A DNA stretch of 45,068 bases from Bacteriovoracaceae bacterium (GCA_947467125.1 CANIGN010000002.1:1-45068), one strand, 5' to 3'. Counted from the first letter of the stretch, positions 34,870 to 45,006 are shown. The notes: generated from the letters alone by a model not told the origin. Numbers and translations are program-made.

Positions 34870-36233
34870 GACTGCTGCCTCGCTCGAATAGCATCCAATA
34901 CAGATCCCAACTGACCAGAAACTTTTGGAAGCTCTGGAGTAAATTCACTTTCAGGTATCAAAAGTTTTTCAAATTCTTCTGGAAATTTTTTCAACATGCT
35001 CGTCACCGGCATTGCGCAGGCATCTGACAAAACGCAAATGGTTTTACCTGCCATGTTATCGCAAGCACTTTGAACATTTTTCAAATCGCTCTTGGTTCCT
35101 TGGCCACTACAAACACGGCGGAGCATTTTGTATGTCCACTTTGTTCCTTCGCGACAAGGCACACACTGACCGCAACTTTCATGAGCATAAAAGCGCGCTG
35201 TTCGCATACAGATTTCTGGAATACTTCTGCTATCATCAACAACGATAATTGCACAACTTCCCATCATGGTTCCCTTCGCAGCAAGGCTGTCGAAGTCCAT
35301 GGGAACATCAAATTCTTCAGCTTTCAAAAGGGGCGAAGAAGACCCACCCGGAAAACACGCTTTAAATTTTCTACCAGGCAATGGGCCACCACAAATTTCA
35401 TTCAACATTGTTGAAAGCTTTGTGCCGACAGGAACTTCAAAAAATCCTGGTTTTTGTACGTCTCCAGAAACTCCCCATACGGTTGTTCCTGCTCCACGAT
35501 TTGTTCCGTTCCCCATTTTGATAAACCACTCAGCGCCGTTCAATAAAATTCCTGGAACGTGCGCAAGAGTTGCAACGTTATTTACAATTGTAGGTCCACC
35601 AAAGGCTCCGCTAATCGCAGGGAAGGGAGGCTTCAAACGAGGCTGACCACGGTCTCCTTCGAGAGATTCGATCAATCCTGTTTCTTCACCACAAATATAA
35701 GCCCCTGCACCGGGATGCACTGTTAAATCAAAAGCCTTTCCTGATCCAAAAATGTTTTGGCCAAGATAATTTTTTGCATAAGCTTCGTTAATAGCATCTT
35801 CTAAGCGCTTAATGGCCAAACGCAATTCACCGCGCACGTAGATGTAGCCCGTCTTAGATCCAATCGCGACTGCAGCGGCAATCATTCCCTCAATCAAACG
35901 ATGAGGACAATGCTCCATAATCTGACGATCTTTAAAAGTTCCGGGCTCACCTTCGTCTGCATTACAAACAAGATAAACAGGCTTTGTTGGATTTTTAGGA
36001 ATAAAACTCCATTTCATTCCCGTAGGGAAGCCCGCTCCACCTAAGCCACGTAAACCTGACTCTTTCACTGTTTTGATAATGTCATCGGCAGGCATTGAAA
36101 CGGCTTTTTTTGCAGCTTCATAACCTTTATAATTTTTTTCGTAATGCTGAATTGTCCATGACTTATCCTCACCGTATCCAGCAATCAAAACTCTTTTTTC
36201 AATTGGGTGGAGGGGTTGAATCTTTTGGCTCAC
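34866..36233 (-). CDS. nuoF: NADH-quinone oxidoreductase subunit F (FMN/NADH-binding, N3 cluster)
   Basis: GLRGLGGAGFPTGMKW, CNADEGEPGTFKDR and ESCGQCVPCREG (4Fe-4S) are present. The GTG start overlaps the nuoE stop (GTGA). Confidence 0.95.
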   Translation of the reverse strand: MSQKIQPLHPIEKRVLIAGYGEDKSWTIQHYEKNYKGYEAAKKAVSMPADDIIKTVKESGLRGLGGAGFPTGMKWSFIPKNPTKPVYLVCNADEGEPGTFKDRQIMEHCPHRLIEGMIAAAVAIGSKTGYIYVRGELRLAIKRLEDAINEAYAKNYLGQNIFGSGKAFDLTVHPGAGAYICGEETGLIESLEGDRGQPRLKPPFPAISGAFGGPTIVNNVATLAHVPGILLNGAEWFIKMGNGTNRGAGTTVWGVSGDVQKPGFFEVPVGTKLSTMLNEICGGPLPGRKFKACFPGGSSSPLLKAEEFDVPMDFDSLAAKGTMMGSCAIIVVDDSRSIPEICMRTARFYAHESCGQCVPCREGTKWTYKMLRRVCSGQGTKSDLKNVQSACDNMAGKTICVLSDACAMPVTSMLKKFPEEFEKLLIPESEFTPELPKVSGQLGSVLDAIRARQQS

Positions 36234-36775
36234 GCGACACTCCCTTCAGAAATACGTTTTTCATAATCAGGATAAGCATTTTTATCTTTTAATAAGTCAT
36301 CAATAATTCGATCGACTTTTTCGATCGTGAGTTCTTCGTGATAATCCCAACCATTCACCTGAAGAACAGGCGCTGTTCCGCAAGAAGCCAAACACTCCAC
36401 GCGTTCAAGACTGAATTTACCATCTGGAGTTATTTCGTTTTCTTTAATATTGAGCCGCTTTTTAATGTGCTCAATCACGCCATCACTCCCACGCAAATAG
36501 CAGCTGATGTTATGACAAACTTGCAAAACATACTGCCCTTTTTGATTGAGGCGAAACATTGTGTAGAAACTTGCGACTTCGCGAACTCGTGCGGGACTTA
36601 GATCCATTCGCTTAGCAACGTATTCAATTGAATCAGGAGTGAGCCATTTGTTTTCATCTTGTACAAGATGCAAAATGGGCAGCAACACAGCATCTTTTGT
36701 CGGATAACGAGTCAGTAACCACTGAAATCTTTTTTCAACTTCAGGAGAGAATTCATATTTCTTTTCGGAAGCCAT
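36230..36775 (-). CDS. nuoE: NADH-quinone oxidoreductase subunit E (2Fe-2S N1a)
   Basis: The Cys pattern is VCHNISC ... CLASCGTAP. Length is 181 aa. Confidence 0.92.
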   Translation of the reverse strand: MASEKKYEFSPEVEKRFQWLLTRYPTKDAVLLPILHLVQDENKWLTPDSIEYVAKRMDLSPARVREVASFYTMFRLNQKGQYVLQVCHNISCYLRGSDGVIEHIKKRLNIKENEITPDGKFSLERVECLASCGTAPVLQVNGWDYHEELTIEKVDRIIDDLLKDKNAYPDYEKRISEGSVA

Positions 36776-37308
36776 TAGGAATTTACTCCTTGTCCACGAA
36801 CAACAGTTGTTCCAAAGGGATCAAACATTCCCTCGTCGACAACTTTCTTTTCAAATTCTTGTCGATAATCCACTACGAAATCTTTTCTCAAAGGATGTCC
36901 CTTAAACGAATGAGGCAAAAGAATACGTCTCATGTCCGCATGGCCTTCAAAAACAATTCCATACATGTCGTAAACTTCTCGCTCGAGCCAATCAGCACCT
37001 TTCCACATATCAGTGACTGTAGAAATTTTAGGATCCAAATCAGCAACGGGAACCACAACGGAACAACGCTTTTTACTTTGCAAAGAAATTAATTCATAAA
37101 CCACATGAAAGCGTGGAGAAGCAGGAGCTTCATCATAAGCTGTTAAATCAGCCATGTGAACATAGCCTCGTGATTGCAAATCCTTCAAAAGTTCTTTGAA
37201 GTTTTCAACACTTGCTTTGAGCTCGGGCTCTGACGGAGCAGACTCTCGAATTGTGAGATTATATTTACTTTTTAATTCTTCAAAAAAACTTTCAAATTGC
37301 GTTGCCAT
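36775..37308 (-). CDS. nuoC: NADH-quinone oxidoreductase subunit C (30 kDa subunit)
   Basis: WKGADWLEREVYDMYGIVFEGHADMRRILLPHSFKGHPLRKDF is present. The start at 37308 shares 1 nt with the nuoA stop (TAATG); the longest ORF extends 45 nt into nuoA. Confidence 0.9.
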   Translation of the reverse strand: MATQFESFFEELKSKYNLTIRESAPSEPELKASVENFKELLKDLQSRGYVHMADLTAYDEAPASPRFHVVYELISLQSKKRCSVVVPVADLDPKISTVTDMWKGADWLEREVYDMYGIVFEGHADMRRILLPHSFKGHPLRKDFVVDYRQEFEKKVVDEGMFDPFGTTVVRGQGVNS

Positions 37309-37700
37309 TATGAAGGCTCCCATTCCACAGCACCGGCACGATATTCGTACCAAATACTTAAAACAAAAAAGACGAGAAAAAATAAAGTTGTGAGCATGCC
37401 CACAATTCCCACAGCTTTGAGCTGAGGCCAGGCAAGTGCAACCGGAAGCAAGAAAGCTGCTTCAAGGTCGAACAATAAAAACAAAATCGCAACGAGGTAA
37501 TATTTTACACTTAAACGATCACGCGCTTCGCCCGTGGGAGTAATTCCACATTCGTAAGACATAATTTTGGGACCAAATAATCTTCTGGGTCCTAAAAATC
37601 GACCTACAAAAAAAGCTCCACCCACAACAACAGAGGCGAAGGCAAACATGACAAAAATTCCTAAGAGGTTTGTATCAGGCGTGTTCATCAAAAAAGGCAA
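37308..37700 (-). CDS. nuoA: NADH-quinone oxidoreductase subunit A
   Basis: 3 TM segments. SYECGITP and LLFDLEAAFLLP are present. The start is either TTG 37700 or ATG 37688. Confidence 0.88.
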   Translation of the reverse strand: MPFLMNTPDTNLLGIFVMFAFASVVVGGAFFVGRFLGPRRLFGPKIMSYECGITPTGEARDRLSVKYYLVAILFLLFDLEAAFLLPVALAWPQLKAVGIVGMLTTLFFLVFFVLSIWYEYRAGAVEWEPS

Positions 37701-37776
37701 AAGCCCATCTTATTTCATAGCGCCAAGGTCATAGAGTGGCAATTATCAAATAGGAAAGCTGACAAATAACAAAGGC

Positions 37777-39315
37777 TTAGCGAGCAAAGTCTAGCGAAGT
37801 CATTGCCCATGACATTAAGGGTTCCCAATAAAGACCAAAAACTAAATTAGGAACAGCCAAAACAAACAACATCACAAGAATAAACTTAGGAATTTGCCCC
37901 TGAATATTGAGTGTTTCTTCAGAAACCTTCTCGAGGAACATCGCTTTTAAAATTTTAGCGTAATAAAAGAGAGAAATGACGGAATTTACCCCTGCAAGCA
38001 AAGCAAGCCCGTACATTTTTTGGCCCAAGATTGCGATAAAGAGGTAAAGCTTTCCGATAAAACCAACAAAAGGAGGTAATCCAACTAAAGAAAATAAGAA
38101 GATAGCCATCAGAACCGCAAGAAGAGGCGCTTTTTTAGCAAGTCCCTTGAAATCCTTTAATGAATCTCCACCCATTCGATCTTCAACGAGTGAAGCAACC
38201 CAAAAAGCACCAAGGTTCATCGTGCAATAAACAACGATGTAAAACATGATCGCAGAAAGACCTTCTCTGTTTTGAGAAGTCAGTCCAAGCAACATATATC
38301 CTGCATGAGCGATACTTGAATAAGCCAATATACGCTTAACCGAAGTCTGTCCTAGGGCCGCAAGATTTCCCATGAACATCGTAAAGACTGAAGAGATTGC
38401 AAAAAATTTAGCCCAAGAAACAAGTCCCCCTGCTAAATAAGCTGGCTGAGTTGCATTCTTTGTGGCCAACAACACAAGATCTTGATCCACAACGGGGAGC
38501 GAAAGTCCCACTACAAAAAATCGAATCAAAAGAGCAAAACCTGCAGCCTTTGGAGCAACTGAGAAAAGTGCAGCAACTGGAGTAGGGGACCCTTCATATA
38601 CGTCTGGTGTCCACATGTGCATAGGAGCCGCACTGATTTTGTAGCCAAAACCTGCGAATGAAAAAATAACTCCTACCCAAAAAAGATAAGGAATAGCATC
38701 AGCGGGAACAGAATGAACAAAGTTTCTCATCCCCGAAATTGTCAGTTCACCTGAAACAGCATACATAAGACTCATTCCGAAGATCATGATTCCTGTAGCA
38801 AGGGCTCCATATACAACATACTTCATCGAAGCTTCGACCGAAGATTGTCTTTCGCGATGAAAGCCCGCCAACGCGTAACTCAAAACAGAAACCATTTCGA
38901 TTCCTAGATAAGCCATTAAGAAATGGTTTGAAGAAGACATGAAAAGCAACCCGCAACCAAAAGCAAGAAGCAAACTCATATACTCAGCTTTTCTATCTGC
39001 AAGAAGTTCTTTTGAATAATGTCCCATCACGACTGCAAAAAGAATAATGAAGGGAATTATAAATCCAAAAAAAGAACTGAAGGCATCATGATAAACTAAG
39101 CCACTAAAATACTGTGTCGAAAGAAGTCCTAAATTAGGAATATTCAAAGCCGCTGCTGTCACAAGAATAAGACTTGTGAGTATTGTCAAAACACAAGAAG
39201 AACGGATCCAAAGTCCAGCCATTAAAAGGACTAAACTCCCTATGGCCATGGCAAGATTGGGGCCTAAATACTTCAAGCTATCCATTAAATTTGAAACAAC
39301 GGCTACAGAATTCAT
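37777..39315 (-). CDS. nuoN: NADH-quinone oxidoreductase subunit N (set 2 paralog)
   Basis: 512 aa, antiporter-like. MWTPDVYEGSPTPVAALFS is present. It is the last gene of the upstream set. Confidence 0.85.
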   Translation of the reverse strand: MNSVAVVSNLMDSLKYLGPNLAMAIGSLVLLMAGLWIRSSCVLTILTSLILVTAAALNIPNLGLLSTQYFSGLVYHDAFSSFFGFIIPFIILFAVVMGHYSKELLADRKAEYMSLLLAFGCGLLFMSSSNHFLMAYLGIEMVSVLSYALAGFHRERQSSVEASMKYVVYGALATGIMIFGMSLMYAVSGELTISGMRNFVHSVPADAIPYLFWVGVIFSFAGFGYKISAAPMHMWTPDVYEGSPTPVAALFSVAPKAAGFALLIRFFVVGLSLPVVDQDLVLLATKNATQPAYLAGGLVSWAKFFAISSVFTMFMGNLAALGQTSVKRILAYSSIAHAGYMLLGLTSQNREGLSAIMFYIVVYCTMNLGAFWVASLVEDRMGGDSLKDFKGLAKKAPLLAVLMAIFLFSLVGLPPFVGFIGKLYLFIAILGQKMYGLALLAGVNSVISLFYYAKILKAMFLEKVSEETLNIQGQIPKFILVMLFVLAVPNLVFGLYWEPLMSWAMTSLDFAR

Positions 39316-40868
39316 TAGCGGAGAGTCTCCGTAATCATGTTTGATGAAACTTTAAAAATGTTAATCAAAGGCTGAGGAAATAATCCAATCCACAAGCAAA
39401 GAACTGCGAGAGGAATCAACACAACCCACTCGTTCCAACGAATAGGAGGAATTTCACCTGCAGGATGATAATGTCCGCTCTCGTCTTTATGAAGAGCCAC
39501 ATAAGGGCCCAAAAACACTCTTTGAACCATCCATAGCAAGTAAGCTGCTGTGAGAAGAATTCCAAGAGCAGCAACAGAAGTGAGAGTTTTATAAACTGGG
39601 AAGGCTCCCAAGAAAACCATCGCTTCAGAGATAAAGCCGTTCAAACCAGGAAGACCTAAGCTTGAAAAAACAGCGACCATCCATGCAGCGGTAATGATCG
39701 GAGATTTTTGAGCGATTCCCCCAAAACCAAGCTTTCCATCCGTCGTAACAATCGCACGGTGATGGAGACGATCATAAAGAATCCCTACCAACATAAACAT
39801 CATGGCTGCTGAAAGTCCGTGGTTAAACATTTGAAGAATAGCACCTTGCATACCCGCTGCTGTGAAAACAGCCATTCCCAAAAGACAATAACCCATGTGA
39901 CTGACTGAGGAGTAAGCAACAAGTTTTTTCAAATCTTTTTGCGCCATCGCACAGAGAGCTCCGTAAACGATGTTAATCACTCCCATTACTGCAAGAGTTG
40001 TTGCAAAATACTGAGTCGCTTGTGGCAAGAGCCAGTAGTTAATTCTCAAAAATCCGTAAATGCCCATTTTCAAAAGAACGCCTGCAAGAATAACAGACAC
40101 CGCTGTGGGAGCTTGAACGTGAGCCCAAGGCAACCACGTGTGAAAAGGAACAATCGGAACTTTCACTGCAAAACCCATGAACAACAAAACCCAAACTGCT
40201 TTATCAAAAGGAAGAGTCATTCCAAAAAAGTTCAGCGTATATTGTGACCAGTTAATCTTAGAAAGTTGTGCGAGATCAAAAGTCGCAGGACTTAACCCAT
40301 TAGGTCCAGTGCTGTAGAAATAAAGAGCCAAAAGACCCACAAGCATCAACACAGATCCAAAAAGAGTATACAAAAAGAATTTAATCGCAGCATATTCTTT
40401 GCGCTCGCCACCCCAAATACCCACAAGGAAGTACATAGGCAAAAGCATGACTTCCCAGAAAACGTAAAAGAGGAAGAAATCAAGAGCACAAAAAACACCC
40501 AACATTCCCACATGGAGAAGAAGGAACATGGAAAAATATCCTTTGACTTGTTTTTTGATATTCCAACTTGCAAAGATGCACAAAAAACTCAAAAGAGTTG
40601 CAAGCAAGACCATCAAGAAACTCATTCCGTCTATTCCCATATGGAATTCAACGTTAAGAGAAGGAATCCAAAGAGCTTTTTCAACAAACTGAAAACCTCC
40701 CACTGAATAATTAAAGAGAGTTGTGAGCTTAATCGCTAACAAGAGAGGAACAAGCGTTACACCAACCGAAATCCATTTCACAATGTCGTCTTTCCCTTTG
40801 GGGACAAACAAGATCGCAAGAATTCCTAAGAGCGGAAAAAACGTTATCCAACTGAGAACACAATTCAT
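39315..40868 (-). CDS. nuoM: NADH-quinone oxidoreductase subunit M (set 2 paralog)
   Basis: 517 aa. WLPWAHVQAPTAVSVILAGVLLKMG is present. Confidence 0.88.
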   Translation of the reverse strand: MNCVLSWITFFPLLGILAILFVPKGKDDIVKWISVGVTLVPLLLAIKLTTLFNYSVGGFQFVEKALWIPSLNVEFHMGIDGMSFLMVLLATLLSFLCIFASWNIKKQVKGYFSMFLLLHVGMLGVFCALDFFLFYVFWEVMLLPMYFLVGIWGGERKEYAAIKFFLYTLFGSVLMLVGLLALYFYSTGPNGLSPATFDLAQLSKINWSQYTLNFFGMTLPFDKAVWVLLFMGFAVKVPIVPFHTWLPWAHVQAPTAVSVILAGVLLKMGIYGFLRINYWLLPQATQYFATTLAVMGVINIVYGALCAMAQKDLKKLVAYSSVSHMGYCLLGMAVFTAAGMQGAILQMFNHGLSAAMMFMLVGILYDRLHHRAIVTTDGKLGFGGIAQKSPIITAAWMVAVFSSLGLPGLNGFISEAMVFLGAFPVYKTLTSVAALGILLTAAYLLWMVQRVFLGPYVALHKDESGHYHPAGEIPPIRWNEWVVLIPLAVLCLWIGLFPQPLINIFKVSSNMITETLR

Positions 40869-40869
40869 A

Positions 40870-42987
40870 TTAAAAACCTCTCCAAATAAGAACGACGACT
40901 AAAGCCGCAACCGCGACTAATAAATACCTCTGAACTCGACCATTTTGTAAGGTCCGCAAAGTAGATCCTAAAGCTGAAGGCATTGCTCCTCCTACTCCAT
41001 CTACCAAAAGACCATCGATCAAAACGTCATCTATTAAAATTCCCGCAACATCCTTGGTTGCTTGAGTTACGTTTTTCACTCCATCCACTGCACCCTGATC
41101 GATAACTTTGTCATCGAAGATTGCACAAAAAGAAGAGAAAGGCATAAAAACTTTTTGAATCAAAATCTTGATGTAGAACCAATCGAAGAAATAAAGATTA
41201 TCAATTGCCTTGTGAACAAAGCTTGGCCAAAGAGCTGCTAACTTATCAGCAGAAATTTTCTTTGCTCCAAACACAAGATAACTAAAAGTAATTCCAATTG
41301 AAGCGACAACCAAAGAGAGGATCATGCCTGGCATGTGAGCATGATGTAGGTGCTCATGCCACGCCTCTCCGTGACCTGCTGAAAAAGACGCATTTGTTAC
41401 AAGAGTTTCAAACCAATTGTTTGCGCCTTTGAGAATAAAATCTCCTTCGCCGAGCAATCCTCCGGTTAAACTTCCGGTAAACAACACTGACAAAGAGAGT
41501 CCCGCTAAAACAACAAGAGGCACAAACATATTAAAAGAAACTTCGTGAGCTTCTTCATAATGATGATGATCATGCGGCTCTCCAAAAAATGTTTTGAAGA
41601 TCAAGCGGAACATATAAAAAGCAGTTAATCCTGCCGTTAAAAATCCCGCCAAAGGAATAAAGAAATGTTGTGAGTGATCAAGAATTCCAAATGCATATGC
41701 TGCTACAAGAATCTTATCTTTAGAGACAAAGCCACTAAACATTGGGACTCCAGAAATCGCAAGTGTAGCGATGAACATACACGCAAAAGTGATAGGAATT
41801 TTTTTGCGCAATCCACCCATATGACGAATATCTTGCTCGTGGTGCATGGCATAGATCACCGCTCCAGAACTCATGAAAAGACACGCTTTAAAAAGAGCGT
41901 GTGTAATCAGGTGCATGAAAGAAGCTTGATAAGCCCCCAAACCTACAGCCATGACCATATATCCCAGCTGAGAAAGAGTTGAATAAGCGAGAATTTTTTT
42001 AATGTCGTTTTGCTTAATGGCAAGAATCGCAGCAAAGAGAGCAGTGAACGCACCTACATAAGCAACAATTGTCAGCACTCCTCCCACTTCAAGAAGAGGG
42101 AACATTCTCAAAATCAAATAAACGCCCGCTGCAACCATTGTCGCTGCGTGAATAAGAGCAGACACAGGAGTGGGACCTTCCATTGCATCAGGCAACCAAA
42201 CTTGCAAAGGAAACTGAGCGGATTTTCCAACTGTTCCGCAAAAAATCAAAAGACCAATAACCGCTGCTGCATGAAAGCCACCAATCGTAAAATTGAACTG
42301 TCCAGATTGAATAGCCGCATAAATATCGTCAAAACGAAAAGATCCAAGAGCCTGTCCGTTTGCCAAAGGCAAAGTGAAAAGCATGAGCATTCCCGTAAAG
42401 AGACCCATATCTCCCACTCGAGTGGTCATAAATGCTTTGAGGCTCGCATTTGCAGCAGAAATTTTGTGTCGATAAAACCCAATGAGGAGATAAGAGCAAA
42501 GACCCATCAACTCCCATGACATAAAGAGAGTAAACAGATTGTCTGAAATAATAAGACCGAGCATCGCTGAAGTGAAAAGCGATAAATAAGCAAAGAAACT
42601 TGCGTAACGATATCCATCTTCAGGCTCTCCGTGATGATTGCGCATGTAGCCCGTTGAAAATAAATGAATCAACGTCGAGCAAAGAGTGACCATGAACAAC
42701 ATGATCGATGACATGTTATCAATACGAACACCAATTTCTAATTTGAAAGGCGTCTTGAGAGAAGCAAGGTCGAACCATGTAAAGTGCCACGTTTCTACCC
42801 ACGCAGGATCAAAATGATTGAACATGGATAAAAATATTCTTGAAGCCGCGACAAAAGATAAAAAGATCGCACCAAGGCTCACCCAATCTCCCATTCGAGG
42901 AAGTCTTTTGCCTACAAAAACTTGCACGAAATAAGCAAGTAGCGGAAACAAAGGAATCAAAAGAGCTAAAGAAATATTGGTGGTCAT
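40870..42987 (-). CDS. nuoL: NADH-quinone oxidoreductase subunit L (set 2 paralog, long form)
   Basis: 705 aa. WLPDAMEGPTPVSALIHAATMV and HHEQDIRHMGGLRKKIP are present, plus a long C-terminal region. Confidence 0.92.
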   Translation of the reverse strand: MTTNISLALLIPLFPLLAYFVQVFVGKRLPRMGDWVSLGAIFLSFVAASRIFLSMFNHFDPAWVETWHFTWFDLASLKTPFKLEIGVRIDNMSSIMLFMVTLCSTLIHLFSTGYMRNHHGEPEDGYRYASFFAYLSLFTSAMLGLIISDNLFTLFMSWELMGLCSYLLIGFYRHKISAANASLKAFMTTRVGDMGLFTGMLMLFTLPLANGQALGSFRFDDIYAAIQSGQFNFTIGGFHAAAVIGLLIFCGTVGKSAQFPLQVWLPDAMEGPTPVSALIHAATMVAAGVYLILRMFPLLEVGGVLTIVAYVGAFTALFAAILAIKQNDIKKILAYSTLSQLGYMVMAVGLGAYQASFMHLITHALFKACLFMSSGAVIYAMHHEQDIRHMGGLRKKIPITFACMFIATLAISGVPMFSGFVSKDKILVAAYAFGILDHSQHFFIPLAGFLTAGLTAFYMFRLIFKTFFGEPHDHHHYEEAHEVSFNMFVPLVVLAGLSLSVLFTGSLTGGLLGEGDFILKGANNWFETLVTNASFSAGHGEAWHEHLHHAHMPGMILSLVVASIGITFSYLVFGAKKISADKLAALWPSFVHKAIDNLYFFDWFYIKILIQKVFMPFSSFCAIFDDKVIDQGAVDGVKNVTQATKDVAGILIDDVLIDGLLVDGVGGAMPSALGSTLRTLQNGRVQRYLLVAVAALVVVLIWRGF

Positions 42988-42989
42988 TT

Positions 42990-43322
42990 TTATCCTCTAA
43001 GCCTCGCCATTCCATCTGGATCGATCGATCTTTTAACTCCGAAAACTCGCAAGACAATCGCCAAAGCAACAGCTGCTTCAATTGCGGCCATCACAATAAT
43101 AAAGAGAGAAAAGATGGCTCCGTCTTGAGTGGGAGAAGCGGCCGCTTTTGTTTGTAAAAGTTTAACCGCTACAAAATTTAAAGCTGCTGCATTTAAAATA
43201 AGTTCGACTCCCATGAAAATACCAATCGTATTTTTACGAGAAAGAGCTGCCACAATTCCAAAAACAAACATAATGGCACTCACAACAAGATAAAAAGATA
43301 AGTTATTTGCTAAACCGCTCAT
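42990..43322 (-). CDS. nuoK: NADH-quinone oxidoreductase subunit K (set 2 paralog)
   Basis: 110 aa with 3 TM segments. GVELILNA and AAIEAAVALAI are present. Confidence 0.88.
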   Translation of the reverse strand: MSGLANNLSFYLVVSAIMFVFGIVAALSRKNTIGIFMGVELILNAAALNFVAVKLLQTKAAASPTQDGAIFSLFIIVMAAIEAAVALAIVLRVFGVKRSIDPDGMARLRG

Positions 43323-43849
43323 TTGCTTGATCCCTCATCTTTATAATGAATTTCTTTATAATCAGGTCGGGCAACAATCACCGCACCCACAAGCCCAACC
43401 AAAAGGAAAAGAGCAATGTATTCAAAAGGAAGAGCGTATAATGTTGTCAAAGCAACTCCTACAGATTCTGAAATGGGAACCCTTACTGGATCCGCAACGA
43501 GCGAAAATTGAGTTTTTGAAATCAATTTAAAAAGAACCCAAAAAATTGCAGTTGAAAAAACTATGGGCGCTAAATATTTACGAGCCTGATCTAAGAATCG
43601 CGCTCTATAAATATTTTCAGACATCATGATCGCAAAAAGAATGACAACGATAATTCCGCCCACGTAAATAATAAGCTGAACAGCTGCAAGAAAATCAGCT
43701 CCAAGAACAACATAAAAACCCGCAACTGAAATCAAAGTGAACGTAAGAGAAATGGCTGCGTATAAAATATTCGGATGAAACGCGACGATTGAAGAAGTAA
43801 GAACAGTGCTGATTCCAATGAGGAGTGTAAAGATATCAATTAATTTCAT
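43319..43849 (-). CDS. nuoJ: NADH-quinone oxidoreductase subunit J (set 2 paralog)
   Basis: 176 aa. It lies between nuoH2 and nuoK2 and contains AVQLIIYVGGIIVVILFAIMM. Confidence 0.85.
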   Translation of the reverse strand: MKLIDIFTLLIGISTVLTSSIVAFHPNILYAAISLTFTLISVAGFYVVLGADFLAAVQLIIYVGGIIVVILFAIMMSENIYRARFLDQARKYLAPIVFSTAIFWVLFKLISKTQFSLVADPVRVPISESVGVALTTLYALPFEYIALFLLVGLVGAVIVARPDYKEIHYKDEGSSK

Positions 43850-43851
43850 AA

Positions 43852-45006
43852 TTAATGCGCGCCTCCTGCAAGACCCAAAACTTCAATCATTCCGCGACCG
43901 TGAAAGACGAGCATCCAAATGGCAGCGCCCATCAAATTAAACAATCCAATAGGGATTAAATATTTCCAGCAAAGAGACATAAGTTGATCGACGCGAAGTC
44001 GGGGCAAAGTCCAGCGCAACCACATCACAATAAAGACAAGGACTGCAACTTTTGCCAAAAAGACTCCGATCATGAAAAGACTCTGAACAACAACATCCAG
44101 GTTTCCACCAAAAAGCTTCCAGCCTAAATGAATGTCTGCCAAATTAAGAAAAGGCAAATTCCAGCCACCAAAGAAAAGCGCTGTTGCGATACAACAGAAC
44201 ATAATGACATCCGAAAATTCAGCAAGAGCATAAAGACCAAAGCGCATTCCGCTAAACTCAGTGTTAAATCCTGAAACAAGTTCCGACTCTGCTTCCGCCA
44301 AGTCAAAAGGAGTTCGGTTACATTCAGCAAGAGACGCGATGAAATATATAAAGAAATTTATAAAGACAAAAGGATTATGGAGAATAAACCAAAAATGCCC
44401 GCTTTCTCCATTAGGCCAAGACTGAAGCTCAACCATTTTTCCAATGTTCATAGTTCCCGAAATCATCACAACTGTTAAAACAGCAATTCCAAGTGGAATT
44501 TCGTAGGAAACGATTTGAGCCGCGGCTCGCACTCCACCCAAGAGCGACCATTTATTTTCAGAAGACCAAGCGCCGAGCAAAATTCCAAGAGAAACAAGCG
44601 AGCTTACAGCCATCACATAAAAAACGCCGATATCTAAATCAGCGCCCATGACATGTTTTGCAAAAGGAATAACAGCAAAAGCACCTAAGCTGCCTGCCAT
44701 CACCAAAGTTGGAGCAATATTGTAAACAAAAAGATCCGCATTTTTATTCGCGATATCTTCCTTCAAAAACATTTTGATACCGTCTGCAAAAAACTGCAAA
44801 AGGCCAATGGGCCCTACGCGATTGGGTCCAATACGCTCTTGAAAATCGGCACTGATTTTACGCTCAAGATAGGTACAAACTCCTCCGACGGGCATCGCAA
44901 ACAAAAGGATTACAATCACCGCAGATAAAATTGAAAAAACGCTTGAAGGCGCAATGTATCCCGTTAAAACGGTAAATCCGTCGCTTAATAAATCGGCTAA
45001 AGTCAT
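43852..45006 (-). CDS. nuoH: NADH-quinone oxidoreductase subunit H (set 2 paralog)
   Basis: YLERKISADFQERIGPNRVGPIGLLQFFADGIKMF and ECNRTPFDLAEAESELVSGFNTEFSG are present. Confidence 0.93.
   Translation of the reverse strand: MTLADLLSDGFTVLTGYIAPSSVFSILSAVIVILLFAMPVGGVCTYLERKISADFQERIGPNRVGPIGLLQFFADGIKMFLKEDIANKNADLFVYNIAPTLVMAGSLGAFAVIPFAKHVMGADLDIGVFYVMAVSSLVSLGILLGAWSSENKWSLLGGVRAAAQIVSYEIPLGIAVLTVVMISGTMNIGKMVELQSWPNGESGHFWFILHNPFVFINFFIYFIASLAECNRTPFDLAEAESELVSGFNTEFSGMRFGLYALAEFSDVIMFCCIATALFFGGWNLPFLNLADIHLGWKLFGGNLDVVVQSLFMIGVFLAKVAVLVFIVMWLRWTLPRLRVDQLMSLCWKYLIPIGLFNLMGAAIWMLVFHGRGMIEVLGLAGGAH

Noticed and set aside
35012-35646. Plus-strand ORFs of 78, 114 and 126 aa antisense to nuoF
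   Set aside because: These are shadow ORFs opposite a highly conserved gene. They have no start context or recognisable motifs.
42010-42519. 169-aa plus-strand ORF antisense to nuoL2
   Set aside because: It is a shadow ORF. Its Arg/Ser/Cys/Asn-rich composition is typical of the reverse frame of a membrane protein gene.
37777-45006. Considered whether set 2 is an Mrp-type antiporter or a hydrogenase membrane module rather than complex I
   Set aside because: Clear NuoH, NuoJ and NuoK homologs in canonical H-J-K-L-M-N order point to complex I. Mrp operons lack a NuoH-like subunit.
28265-45006. Considered whether the doubled nuoHJKLMN is a recent tandem duplication or an assembly collapse/expansion artefact
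   Set aside because: Paralogs differ in length and are only distantly similar at the protein level. The DNA shows no long near-identical stretches.
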